Shown piece by piece: positions 1 to 8,996 of a DNA stretch of 39,936 nucleotides. Location: the sequence record SRR22947725_2265, one strand, 5' to 3'. How positions within the stretch are numbered: position 1 is the first letter of the stretch; each line of letters begins with the position of its first letter. Both the position numbers and the translations under genes were made by a program. The notes beneath the pieces were generated by a model. The model did not search any database, was not told the DNA's origin, and was given only the letters and a program-made list of their open reading frames with translations.

Positions 1-339
1 GTGCGGGACATAGAGGCTCCAGATCCTGATATCGCCAAATGTCGCACCCAGCGCCCTCGCCTCGAGAGAGTCCTTGAAATGCGGCTGCTGCGGAAAGGAA
101 GTCTCGATGTCTGTTGGCTCTAGGTCTTTTTTATAGGCAAAGGCAACACCGTTCCACTGGTTTAGGCCGTGGGCGATGACCTCGTAGCCAATGGCTTCAA
201 AGTCTGCGTAGGGGAACTGCTCGGGCTTGCACTTGATTTCCTGCATTGCCAGCACGTCTACATGGGTGCGCTCCAAGAACTGAGTTACTCGCTGAGCCCT
301 AGCTCTGACCGAGTTGACGTTCCAGGTAGCAATTTCCAC
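1..339 (-). CDS. xth: Exodeoxyribonuclease III (AP endonuclease), N-terminal part; runs off the window start
   Basis: Not in the ORF track. Manual minus-strand translation from GTG at 339 gives MEIATWNVNSVRARAQRVTQFLERTHVDVLAMQEIKC..., the ExoIII signature (TWNVNS, DV-QE-K). Confidence 0.92.
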   Translation of the reverse strand, partial: MEIATWNVNSVRARAQRVTQFLERTHVDVLAMQEIKCKPEQFPYADFEAIGYEVIAHGLNQWNGVAFAYKKDLEPTDIETSFPQQPHFKDSLEARALGATFGDIRIWSLYVPH

Positions 340-354
340 TCCTAAACTCTAACT
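340..354. promoter_or_regulatory. Overlapping bidirectional -10 elements for leaderless xth and pyrE
   Basis: + strand TAAACT (343-348) is 6 nt before pyrE ATG 355; - strand TAGAGT (346-351) is 6 nt before xth GTG 339. Confidence 0.65.
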
Positions 355-912
355 ATGAGTGGTAGCTCCCAAGACAAGACCCAGCTCGCCAAATTGGTTG
401 CCCAGTTGGCGGTGGTGCATGGAAAGGTGACCCTTTCCTCTGGCATTGAGGCTGACTACTACGTCGACCTGCGAAGAGCCACCCTGCATCACGAGGCTGC
501 GGTTTTGGTGGGCAAGGTGATGCTCGATCTCTTGGCGGAGGCGGGCCTAAAGCCCGATGCAGTTGGCGGCTTGACCATGGGCGCGGACCCGGTGGCGAGT
601 GCGATGCTTCATCAGGCCAGCGCCAGGGGCTTGCAGCTGGACGCGTTTGTGGTTCGAAAAGAAGCGAAGAAGCACGGCATGGCACGCCAGGTCGAGGGGC
701 CTGACATTGAGGGCCGTAAAGTCGTGATTCTTGAGGACACTTCCACGACCGGAGGCTCCCCTTTGACAGCTGCAAAGGCTGCCGAGGTGGCCGGGGCCGA
801 GGTGCTTGCTGTTGCCACTGTCGTAGATCGTGATACGGGTGCTCGCGCGGCTATAGAATCAGCTGGCTATGCGTATTACTCGGCACTCTCGCTGAGTGAT
901 TTGGGTCTTTAG
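355..912 (+). CDS. pyrE: Orotate phosphoribosyltransferase
   Basis: TLSSG..YYVDLR, VRKEAKKHG and PRPP-binding VVILEDTSTTGGS motifs. Confidence 0.96.
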   Translation: MSGSSQDKTQLAKLVAQLAVVHGKVTLSSGIEADYYVDLRRATLHHEAAVLVGKVMLDLLAEAGLKPDAVGGLTMGADPVASAMLHQASARGLQLDAFVVRKEAKKHGMARQVEGPDIEGRKVVILEDTSTTGGSPLTAAKAAEVAGAEVLAVATVVDRDTGARAAIESAGYAYYSALSLSDLGL

Positions 913-922
913 ATAAGAGGGT

Positions 923-2131
923 TTGATGAAGCGAACTTTCGCGCCTTTCATTCTCACCCAGTTTGCATCCATCACTAGCGTGATCTCTGGGTCGATGGTG
1001 TTTATCGCCATACCCTGGATAGCACTTGAGATTGTGGGCTCGGCCGCAACCGCGGGTTTGGTTGTGGCAATCACAGGAATTCCAGGTCTAATCTTTGCCC
1101 CGCTGTTGGGGTCAGTAATTGACCGCTTTGGTCGCAAGCGGACCGCGGTCTGGGTAGAGTTCCTCACCGCCTTTACGGCACTCTTGATTCCCCTTGTTGA
1201 CTGGGCCATCGGGCTAACAATTCCTCTTCTGATTGCAATTGGAATTGCTCGTGGAGTGGTTGCACCAGGCGGTGGCACAGCGAGGAAGTCGCTGGTTCCG
1301 GATGTGGCGGAGCCGGCGAAGATGACCTTGGATAGAGCCAACTCGATCCATGAGGCTATTTTCGCCGCGGGCTTTGCAATTGGGCCGGCGCTGGCAACCT
1401 TCCTTATTGCGCGTATCGGCTCAACCAACACGTTTTATGTCGTGGCCCTGATGGGCTTTCTTTCGGCCCTTTTTGCAATGCTGATTTTTGTCACCGAGAA
1501 GCACGAGGCAAATGATGAGAGTGAGAAGGAGCCGTTCTTCATCTATGCGCTTCAGGGCTTCAAGATTCTCTTTTCTAATCCGGCCGTGTTTGTGATTATG
1601 GCGGCGATTGTGATCCTTGCGGTTATTTACCTTCCGATAGAGATGGTGGTGCTTCCCGCCCACTTCACCGCCCTAGGTGACCCTGAGGGTCTGGGCCTAG
1701 TTATCTCGGCGGGAGCCGCGGCATCTGTCATCGGAGCCCTTGGCTTTGAGAAGCTACACAAGCGCTTTAGCTATGCCGCAATTTTGAGGATGGCAATTTT
1801 GGGCATTGGCATTTCGATGTTCCCACTGAGTTTCTTGCCACCGGTTCCTCTGATGGTGTTTTTCTTTTTCTTCCTGGGTCTTGCGTGGGGCCCGCTGCTA
1901 CCGCTGTTGAACACCGTTATTCAAAAGAAGATCCCCGCAAACAAGCGAGGCAGGGTGTTTGCGCTTGAGATGACAATTTGGCATGCGGGGCCACTTATTT
2001 CGATGTATGCGGTTGGGTCTGCTGTTGATGCCCTAGGTGTTGGCCCGGTGTACCTATTCCTCGCTGCCGGGGTATTTGCGGCCGCACTCTTGGTCTCTTT
2101 CAACCGCTACATCAAGCAGCTAAACACCTAG
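923..2131 (+). CDS. MFS transporter (Tap/MefA-like H+ antiporter group)
   Basis: 402 aa, about 12 hydrophobic helices, motif A GSVIDRFGRKR, second-half RGRV motif. Confidence 0.88.
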   Translation: MMKRTFAPFILTQFASITSVISGSMVFIAIPWIALEIVGSAATAGLVVAITGIPGLIFAPLLGSVIDRFGRKRTAVWVEFLTAFTALLIPLVDWAIGLTIPLLIAIGIARGVVAPGGGTARKSLVPDVAEPAKMTLDRANSIHEAIFAAGFAIGPALATFLIARIGSTNTFYVVALMGFLSALFAMLIFVTEKHEANDESEKEPFFIYALQGFKILFSNPAVFVIMAAIVILAVIYLPIEMVVLPAHFTALGDPEGLGLVISAGAAASVIGALGFEKLHKRFSYAAILRMAILGIGISMFPLSFLPPVPLMVFFFFFLGLAWGPLLPLLNTVIQKKIPANKRGRVFALEMTIWHAGPLISMYAVGSAVDALGVGPVYLFLAAGVFAAALLVSFNRYIKQLNT

Positions 2132-2197
2132 TTCTCCACAGCCTTGTCCCGGGGCGTTGATGGCCCTGCGAACTCCAGTAATACTCGAGCGATGACC

Positions 2198-2233
2198 TTG
2201 ATGCTGAAGAATAAATCAGATAATCTGATTTAT
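2198..2233 (+). promoter_or_regulatory. TA operon promoter with 23-bp palindromic operator
   Basis: TTGATG (2198-2203), 17-bp spacer, TAATCT (2221-2226), 7 nt, ATG 2234; perfect inverted repeat ATAAATCAGAT-A-ATCTGATTTAT (2211-2233) covers the -10. Confidence 0.8.
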
Positions 2234-2563
2234 ATGAAGAAGATCATGACTGCCACAGAAGTTGCTCGCAACTTCAGTGAGGTTTTGGATGCTGTTGCAA
2301 ATGGTGAAGAGATCACCATTACCCGGGGTAACAAACCAATTGCCGTCATGGGAAGCGTGAAAGAAGAGATCCCGAACTCAGTGTTATTGGCGGCAGCCTT
2401 GAAGGAGCACTTTGAGAAATACAAAGATGTTCCAGTCGATGACTCATTCGATGCAGTCGAATACATAAGGCAAATGCGCGATCAAGATCTAGTTCGTGAC
2501 CAAGAGCGCTGGGAGCTCCTAGAGGCACTTTGGGATGAGCCTTCTCCGAAAGACCGTGACTAG
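2234..2563 (+). CDS. Phd/YefM-family antitoxin (VapB role)
   Basis: MTATEVARNFSEVLDAVANGEEITITRGNKPIA is a Phd_YefM N-terminus; acidic C-terminal tail. Start moved from 2144 to ATG 2234 on promoter position. Confidence 0.88.
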   Translation: MKKIMTATEVARNFSEVLDAVANGEEITITRGNKPIAVMGSVKEEIPNSVLLAAALKEHFEKYKDVPVDDSFDAVEYIRQMRDQDLVRDQERWELLEALWDEPSPKDRD

Positions 2564-2964
2564 TGGAGCGCCTGGTTTTGGACACTTCCGTTTGGATAGG
2601 TATCGAGCGCGGCAGGTTGGATATAGGCGAGGCCGTTGGTCGTAACAAGAAGCTGATTCTTCCGGCCATTGTTGCCGGAGAACTGAAGCAAGCTCTCTTC
2701 ACCTCCTCCAGGACAGAGTCCAAAATGCAGAAGTCTCTCGATTTCTTTGCACTGGTTGAATCTCTAACCGAGTTTGCGCCCATCGATCAGCGGGTGGCAG
2801 ACCGGTATGCAGAGATAAAACACCTCAGCATGGCTAGTGGAAAACCTCGGGGCACTGCCGATCTATTGGTAGCCGCAACGGCTATTGAGCACAAAGCAAA
2901 GCTCTACTCGATAGATCAAAGAGCAGACTTTGGGTCACTGCCAAACCTTCTACTTCACTCATAG
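2563..2964 (+). CDS. vapC: PIN-domain toxin (VapC family)
   Basis: LVLDTSV, AGEL, ADLLVAATA, YSID acidic PIN residues; 133 aa; TAG/GTG 1-bp overlap with the antitoxin. Confidence 0.88.
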   Translation: MERLVLDTSVWIGIERGRLDIGEAVGRNKKLILPAIVAGELKQALFTSSRTESKMQKSLDFFALVESLTEFAPIDQRVADRYAEIKHLSMASGKPRGTADLLVAATAIEHKAKLYSIDQRADFGSLPNLLLHS

Positions 2965-2982
2965 AAGCCTAGGCTTGAGCGG

Positions 2983-3639
2983 ATGAGCGAAGAGATCCAA
3001 GAACCGATTGCGGTTCCAAGCTGGGGTGTTGGTCCATTCGAGGGTGATCCCACCGCACACCCCGACTTCGCAAAGTTTGATCCTGAGCTTTTGGCAAGTG
3101 GCGACACAAGAAATGTCGTTGATCGCTATCGCTACTGGAAGATGGAAGAAATCGTAAGAGAACTCGATGGCAGACGGCACCCCTTCCACGTCGCAATCGA
3201 GAACTGGCAGCACGATTTAAACATCGGCTCAATAGTGAGAAATGCCAATGCTTTTTTGGCCAAAGAGGTTCACATCGTCGGCAACAAGCGCTGGAACCGC
3301 AGAGGCGCCATGGTCACCGACCGCTATCAGCACGTCACCCACCACCCGACCATCGAAGAGTTAATCGAGTGGGCTAGTAGCGCGGGGCCAAATGGCGGGA
3401 AGCTGCCGATTGTTGCCATTGACAATGTGCCTGGCTGTCAGCAACTTGAGAAGTATGAGCTTCCAAAGGAGTGCTTGCTGCTTTTTGGGCAGGAGGGCCC
3501 TGGACTCTCGCAGGCTGCACTCGATGCCTCGGATGTTGCGCTGGAAATTAGCCAGTTTGGCTCGACAAGATCCATTAATGCCTCTGCGGCTGCCGCAATA
3601 ACTATGCACACTTGGGTGATGCAGCACGTTTTTGGTTAG
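2983..3639 (+). CDS. TrmH/SpoU-family RNA methyltransferase
   Basis: NIGSIVRNANAF, LLFGQEGPGLS and SINASAAAAI SPOUT motifs. Confidence 0.92.
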   Translation: MSEEIQEPIAVPSWGVGPFEGDPTAHPDFAKFDPELLASGDTRNVVDRYRYWKMEEIVRELDGRRHPFHVAIENWQHDLNIGSIVRNANAFLAKEVHIVGNKRWNRRGAMVTDRYQHVTHHPTIEELIEWASSAGPNGGKLPIVAIDNVPGCQQLEKYELPKECLLLFGQEGPGLSQAALDASDVALEISQFGSTRSINASAAAAITMHTWVMQHVFG

Positions 3640-3655
3640 ACTTTGCTAGGGCTGA

Positions 3656-4975
<1,320 letters not shown>

Positions 4976-5014
4976 GAGCACGATCGTCTAACTCTCTTCA
5001 GGGAGACTTATCAG

Positions 5015-5584
5015 ATGAGCGACACCAGGCCAGAAGAACTTGAGGGCATCCCCTATCCGGATGAAGCCTTCAATACCTGGGGTGCTGCTACGGTCGGTGT
5101 TGACCCTCTTGCAGCTAGTTTCACCTCTCTTCCCTATCAGCCGGTCAGGCCCCACGTTCCTTTCTATCGCTTTGTTGCCTATCCCGACATCCTGGATTTG
5201 CGCAAGGCGGGATATGAGATGGACAGGTTCATCCCGCTATTTGATCGCCTGGAGGACATTCGCTACCGCGAGGCGTTGCAACTGAGCGACATGCTTCACC
5301 ACCCAAACCCGATGCTGCCCTGGAATCCAAGGCGTGCACGAGAGCTGGAAATGGACGTTAGAAGCCAGCTTCACGAGCATGGCCTTGGCGACCTCCCAAC
5401 TCTGCTTAGAAGGTTTCTGGGCAAAGCGTTTCCGGGGGACACCATCAGCTATCTCAGCATCGATCTGGTGAATGTGTTCTTTTGGGCAGCAATCGCTGAG
5501 CTCGCAGATGATCTTGCGTGGAAGGCTCCAAACCTGTCTTGGCAGGCTGAGTATTTGAGATTTCCGCTCAGGGCAATCAGCTAG
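5015..5584 (+). CDS. Hypothetical soluble protein
   Basis: 189-aa ORF that fills the purA-channel gap, GGGAGA SD upstream; no motif recognised. Confidence 0.65.
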   Translation: MSDTRPEELEGIPYPDEAFNTWGAATVGVDPLAASFTSLPYQPVRPHVPFYRFVAYPDILDLRKAGYEMDRFIPLFDRLEDIRYREALQLSDMLHHPNPMLPWNPRRARELEMDVRSQLHEHGLGDLPTLLRRFLGKAFPGDTISYLSIDLVNVFFWAAIAELADDLAWKAPNLSWQAEYLRFPLRAIS

Positions 5585-5631
5585 AGACCGCGGCTGTCTC
5601 AATAGACTCGAAATGTTGGATAGGAGTCAAT

Positions 5632-6291
5632 TTGAATTCAGTTCGTGAAGCCCTTGGCAAGCTCTTTCATCGGGTCGAGTTTCTCTACATGGTCCTGGGA
5701 TTTGCCTACTTAGGCATTTATGCAGTTCAAGTTCTAGTCGAGCCACCTGCCGACATCTACGCATCGCTCGAGCTAGTGTCCGAAGTAATCTTCTGGGTGT
5801 TCGCGGTTGACGTGGTTTTGCGTTTGATTCACGCAGGCGGAGACCTGCTCACCTGGAAAGGCGCAGGGTCCTTTCTTAAGGAGAACTGGCTGGCACTATT
5901 GGCCCTCTTGCTACCCGCCTTTAGAAGCTTGAGGGTGCTGAGGGTGATTGTTGTCATCAGGGGTTTGGAGCCTTATCTGAAAACTCGCTCCTCGCGCGTT
6001 GGAATGATTGTTGGCGTCACATTCCCTCTGATCCTCTTCACTGCAGCCCTTTCCGTCTTGGAAGCAGAGCGCTACGCAGACGGTTCAAACATCCAGTCTT
6101 TTGGCGATGCGATCTGGTGGTCAATTGCTTCGGTCACCACCGTTGGCTACGGCGATAAGTTTCCGGTCACTGCCGATGGCCGGGTAATCGCAACCTTTTT
6201 GATGGTTATTGGCATCGGGCTCTTCTCTGCCCTCACCGCCTTGTTGGCCGCCTGGGTTATGGGCGATCGCAAGAAAGAGGAAAAGAGCTAG
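5632..6291 (+). CDS. Potassium channel, voltage-gated-like
   Basis: WW..SVTTVGYGD selectivity filter; S4-like RSLRVLRVIVVIR; AGGAG SD before TTG. Confidence 0.92.
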   Translation: MNSVREALGKLFHRVEFLYMVLGFAYLGIYAVQVLVEPPADIYASLELVSEVIFWVFAVDVVLRLIHAGGDLLTWKGAGSFLKENWLALLALLLPAFRSLRVLRVIVVIRGLEPYLKTRSSRVGMIVGVTFPLILFTAALSVLEAERYADGSNIQSFGDAIWWSIASVTTVGYGDKFPVTADGRVIATFLMVIGIGLFSALTALLAAWVMGDRKKEEKS

Positions 6292-6300
6292 GCTGACATC

Positions 6301-6657
6301 ATGAGTGAATGGACAGTAAAAGTACCGGGCAACGAGCACAAACTAACAACCGAGGAGCTCAAGCTCTGGGCCGAAGGCGGCAAGGTAAAGGGCGACACAA
6401 TCGTTGTCGACTCTCGTGGTGAGCACTGGACCGCAAAGCAGATTCCTGGAGTCTTCTCCAAGCGGGACTGGTTGGTTGCCCTTATTCTTTCGATATTTGT
6501 TGGAACCTTTGGAATCGACCGGTTCTATCTGGGCAAGATCGGCACCGGCATTCTCAAGCTTCTGACACTGGGTGCCTTCGGCATCTGGTCAATTATTGAC
6601 ATTGTCTTGATTGCTATCAAAAAGCTTGACGACAAAGAGGGTATGAAGCTCGCCTAG
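6301..6657 (+). CDS. TM2-domain membrane protein with a GYF_2-like N-terminal domain
   Basis: ALILSIFVGTFGIDRFYLGKIGTGILKLLTLGAFGIWSIID is the TM2 signature. Confidence 0.85.
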   Translation: MSEWTVKVPGNEHKLTTEELKLWAEGGKVKGDTIVVDSRGEHWTAKQIPGVFSKRDWLVALILSIFVGTFGIDRFYLGKIGTGILKLLTLGAFGIWSIIDIVLIAIKKLDDKEGMKLA

Positions 6658-7037
6658 CAGTAGGGGACAAGCAGCTTCTTCAGAGCTGGTAGATCGGGCC
6701 TAGCCCAGTCAAGTTTGCTGAGCTCACTCTCTGGAACCCACCTCAGTTCGCTGTGGTCGGTGGAAGTGGTTGGCTTTTCACCAGTCAGTTCTGCGGCGAA
6801 GCAGACTAGGTCAATCTCTCCCGTGGTGGTCCTATCAAACTGCCTTAGGACCGTTACGTCCACGTTCAATTCCTCTTTGATTTCGCGAACAAGGGTAGCT
6901 TCGAGCGCTTCACCCGCCTCAGGTTTGCCCCCGGGAAACTCCCATTTGCCAGCGGACTGCTTGTGCTCTGCCCGCTTGCAGCAGAGAAAGTTGCCCAGCT
7001 CATCCTGAATGATTGCTGCTACGACGATGATGGGCAT
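6654..7037 (-). CDS. NUDIX hydrolase, MutT/NudG-like
   Basis: WEFPGGKPEAGEALEATLVREIKEEL Nudix box; C-terminal W..PD.P. Confidence 0.9.
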   Translation of the reverse strand: MPIIVVAAIIQDELGNFLCCKRAEHKQSAGKWEFPGGKPEAGEALEATLVREIKEELNVDVTVLRQFDRTTTGEIDLVCFAAELTGEKPTTSTDHSELRWVPESELSKLDWARPDLPALKKLLVPYC

Positions 7038-7046
7038 GCGCCCAGA

Positions 7047-7529
7047 TTAGCCTGGGAGATTCGCTTCGATGGCCTCAATGATTTCTGGAGCGTCAGGCTT
7101 CACAGTGGGTCGGAAGCGCAGAACGTTGCCATCCGGCAGCAGCAGGAACTTCTCAAAGTTCCACATCACTGGCCCAGCTAGACCCTTGGAATCCTTTGTC
7201 TTGACGAGGTTCTTGTAGAGCTCGTGACGCTTGCGACCGTTTACGTCGGTCTTCTGGGTCAACGGGAAGGTTACCCCCCAGGTGCTGGAGCAATACCCAC
7301 CAATGGCTTCGTCATCTTTCAGTTCCTGCTTGAAAGACCCGGAGGGCACTCCTAAAATTGTGAAGCCGCGATCTTGATAGGTCTTTTGGAGTTTCTCAAG
7401 GGTCTCGTACTGAGGCGATAGCCCACAGCGGGAAGCAACGTTTACAACCAGCACGACCTTGCCGGCAAAGTCCGTGAGGGACCTCGTCGAGCCATCCAGC
7501 ATCGTTAGTTCAATTTCTTTTGTGAGCAT
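7047..7529 (-). CDS. Glutathione peroxidase-family protein (Cys type, likely thioredoxin-dependent)
   Basis: GKVVLVVNVASRCG and WNFEKFLL motifs. Confidence 0.92.
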   Translation of the reverse strand: MLTKEIELTMLDGSTRSLTDFAGKVVLVVNVASRCGLSPQYETLEKLQKTYQDRGFTILGVPSGSFKQELKDDEAIGGYCSSTWGVTFPLTQKTDVNGRKRHELYKNLVKTKDSKGLAGPVMWNFEKFLLLPDGNVLRFRPTVKPDAPEIIEAIEANLPG

Positions 7530-7578
7530 GGGATAGACAACACCGTTGCTGGTAAAAGAATTTCACTAGAGTTCAAAG

Positions 7579-8142
7579 ATGTCGGTGTTCGTCCGTGGTC
7601 TCAACCCGTGGGTTTTGATCTTTGTCGGGCTCGCTTTTTTCCACCTCTGGCGTCAATCGCCCCAGGACATCATCATCTTCGGAGGTTCTGCCCTGTTGAT
7701 CTTGACCCAAGTCTTCGGAAAGACCTCATGGGGCTTTGCTCAGCAGCCCCAAATCAAGCCACTACCTATTGCTTTAGTTGTGCTTGGCGCGTCAGCAGCC
7801 CTCTATGTGAGCGAACGGCACGGGGTGGTGAACTTTCTGGTTCTAGTGGTGTTCATCCCCATCGGGTTTGTGCTGCTGTTTTATCGAGATTCTGCGGTGC
7901 ACCCAGTTCCGAAGCGTCAGGTTTTGCGTTCGAGGTGGGTGTGGACCCTTTGGGCCGGGCTTTTCGCTCTGGTCGAATTGGTCGCATACCTCGGCAGCAA
8001 GCTTTCAGGAGACCTCGAGCGCTACCCAACTATTTCTGTTCTGCTTGATCCCGTCCTGGACGAACCGATCGGCAGGGCTGTCTTCATCGCGCTGTGGCTA
8101 GTCTCCGGTGTCTACCTCTTTGGTGTCAGGAGGCCAAAATGA
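7579..8142 (+). CDS. Hypothetical multi-pass membrane protein
   Basis: About 6 hydrophobic helices; C-terminal YPTISVLLDPVL..R..W...G; TAGAGT 6 nt before ATG. Confidence 0.78.
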   Translation: MSVFVRGLNPWVLIFVGLAFFHLWRQSPQDIIIFGGSALLILTQVFGKTSWGFAQQPQIKPLPIALVVLGASAALYVSERHGVVNFLVLVVFIPIGFVLLFYRDSAVHPVPKRQVLRSRWVWTLWAGLFALVELVAYLGSKLSGDLERYPTISVLLDPVLDEPIGRAVFIALWLVSGVYLFGVRRPK

Positions 8143-8351
8143 GCTTTGATGCAATCCTGGTGGCTAGCTATCTAGGTTTTGTTGCCGTTGGCATCGCGCT
8201 GGGCGGCATTGGAAGAATGAACCCAAGCTTTATAGCTCCGCTCGGACTAATGCTTCAGTTTGTCCTTAGGCACCGCATTACACGTATTGCCCTGTTTATG
8301 ACCTGGTGGTGGATTGGCTGGCACTTCTTGGTGGGGGTGACCGTCCGCTAG
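8139..8351 (+). CDS. Small two-helix membrane protein (DUF6186-like)
   Basis: Start at ATGA overlap 8139-8142 with the upstream stop; TRIALFMTWWWIGWHFL motif. Family name is from recall, not a search. Confidence 0.72.
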   Translation: MSFDAILVASYLGFVAVGIALGGIGRMNPSFIAPLGLMLQFVLRHRITRIALFMTWWWIGWHFLVGVTVR

Positions 8352-8995
8352 CTGGAGCCGAGAAGCTTGATTGCGGAGAGCCTCACTCCGAGCACGATAA
8401 AGCCCAGGGAAATAAAGCCTGCGGCAATGAGCAGGATGTAGGTAATCATCCCCGCAACACCACCCTCACTGCCTGGGTTGATAAACCAGTAGGGCCACCA
8501 ACCATCGGCTAGACCTCGAATAATCGTTAGGAAAAGCCAGGTGAGCGGGTAGACCACGACCCAGAGGGCCTTTCGAAGCTTCGGCCTTGCTCCCTTGATT
8601 GAGATTAGGTAGTCAATCGCGATCGCAATCGGTGCCCAGGTGTGAATAACGAGGTTGGGGATTCTGGGCCACTCGTAACCGATGTCCTCGGGAGCAACCG
8701 CGTAGTCCCCAAGAAGCGCGTGATACACAACGCCAACGATGATCATGGAGACTGTCGCAACCAGGCGAAGCACGTTTTGTCGCTCGGTTTCCGTCTTTCC
8801 CTGAAGAAGCCACAGGCCGCTGAAGAGAACGACAAACCCGGCAAATATAGAGCTGTCAATTGAGAAGAAGCTGAAGTATTCGAGGGGGCGGAACCTGTCG
8901 ACCCGAATGCGGTCTGCTACCTGCCAGAAAATGCTGCCCAACAGGGCCAGTCCAAGTAATACCCGAAAGAGTCCGAATGCGCCTTTGTAAAGCAT
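8348..8995 (-). CDS. Pr6Pr-family (FAR-17a/AIG1-like) membrane protein
   Basis: YFSFFSIDSS, VGVVYHALL, NLVIHTWAP, YPLTW and GWWPYWFINP motifs. Confidence 0.82.
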   Translation of the reverse strand: MLYKGAFGLFRVLLGLALLGSIFWQVADRIRVDRFRPLEYFSFFSIDSSIFAGFVVLFSGLWLLQGKTETERQNVLRLVATVSMIIVGVVYHALLGDYAVAPEDIGYEWPRIPNLVIHTWAPIAIAIDYLISIKGARPKLRKALWVVVYPLTWLFLTIIRGLADGWWPYWFINPGSEGGVAGMITYILLIAAGFISLGFIVLGVRLSAIKLLGSS

Positions 8996-8996
8996 C

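Noticed and set aside
859-1431. Long antisense or alternate-frame ORFs over transporters (e.g. 859-1431, 11071-11613, 31171-31566, 31840-32271)
   Set aside because: Shadow ORFs of well-supported genes with no motifs or initiation signals.
2132-2140. TTCTCCACA DnaA-box-like 9-mer
   Set aside because: One mismatched copy, with no cluster or origin context.
2144-2233. N-terminal ORF-track extensions (also 12258-12338, 17067-17177, 20224-20274, 38570-38731)
   Set aside because: They run through promoters, operators, the riboswitch or opposite genes; downstream starts have SD or -10 support.
7047-7529. Selenocysteine in the glutathione peroxidase
   Set aside because: The active-site codon is TGT (Cys); there is no in-frame TGA.
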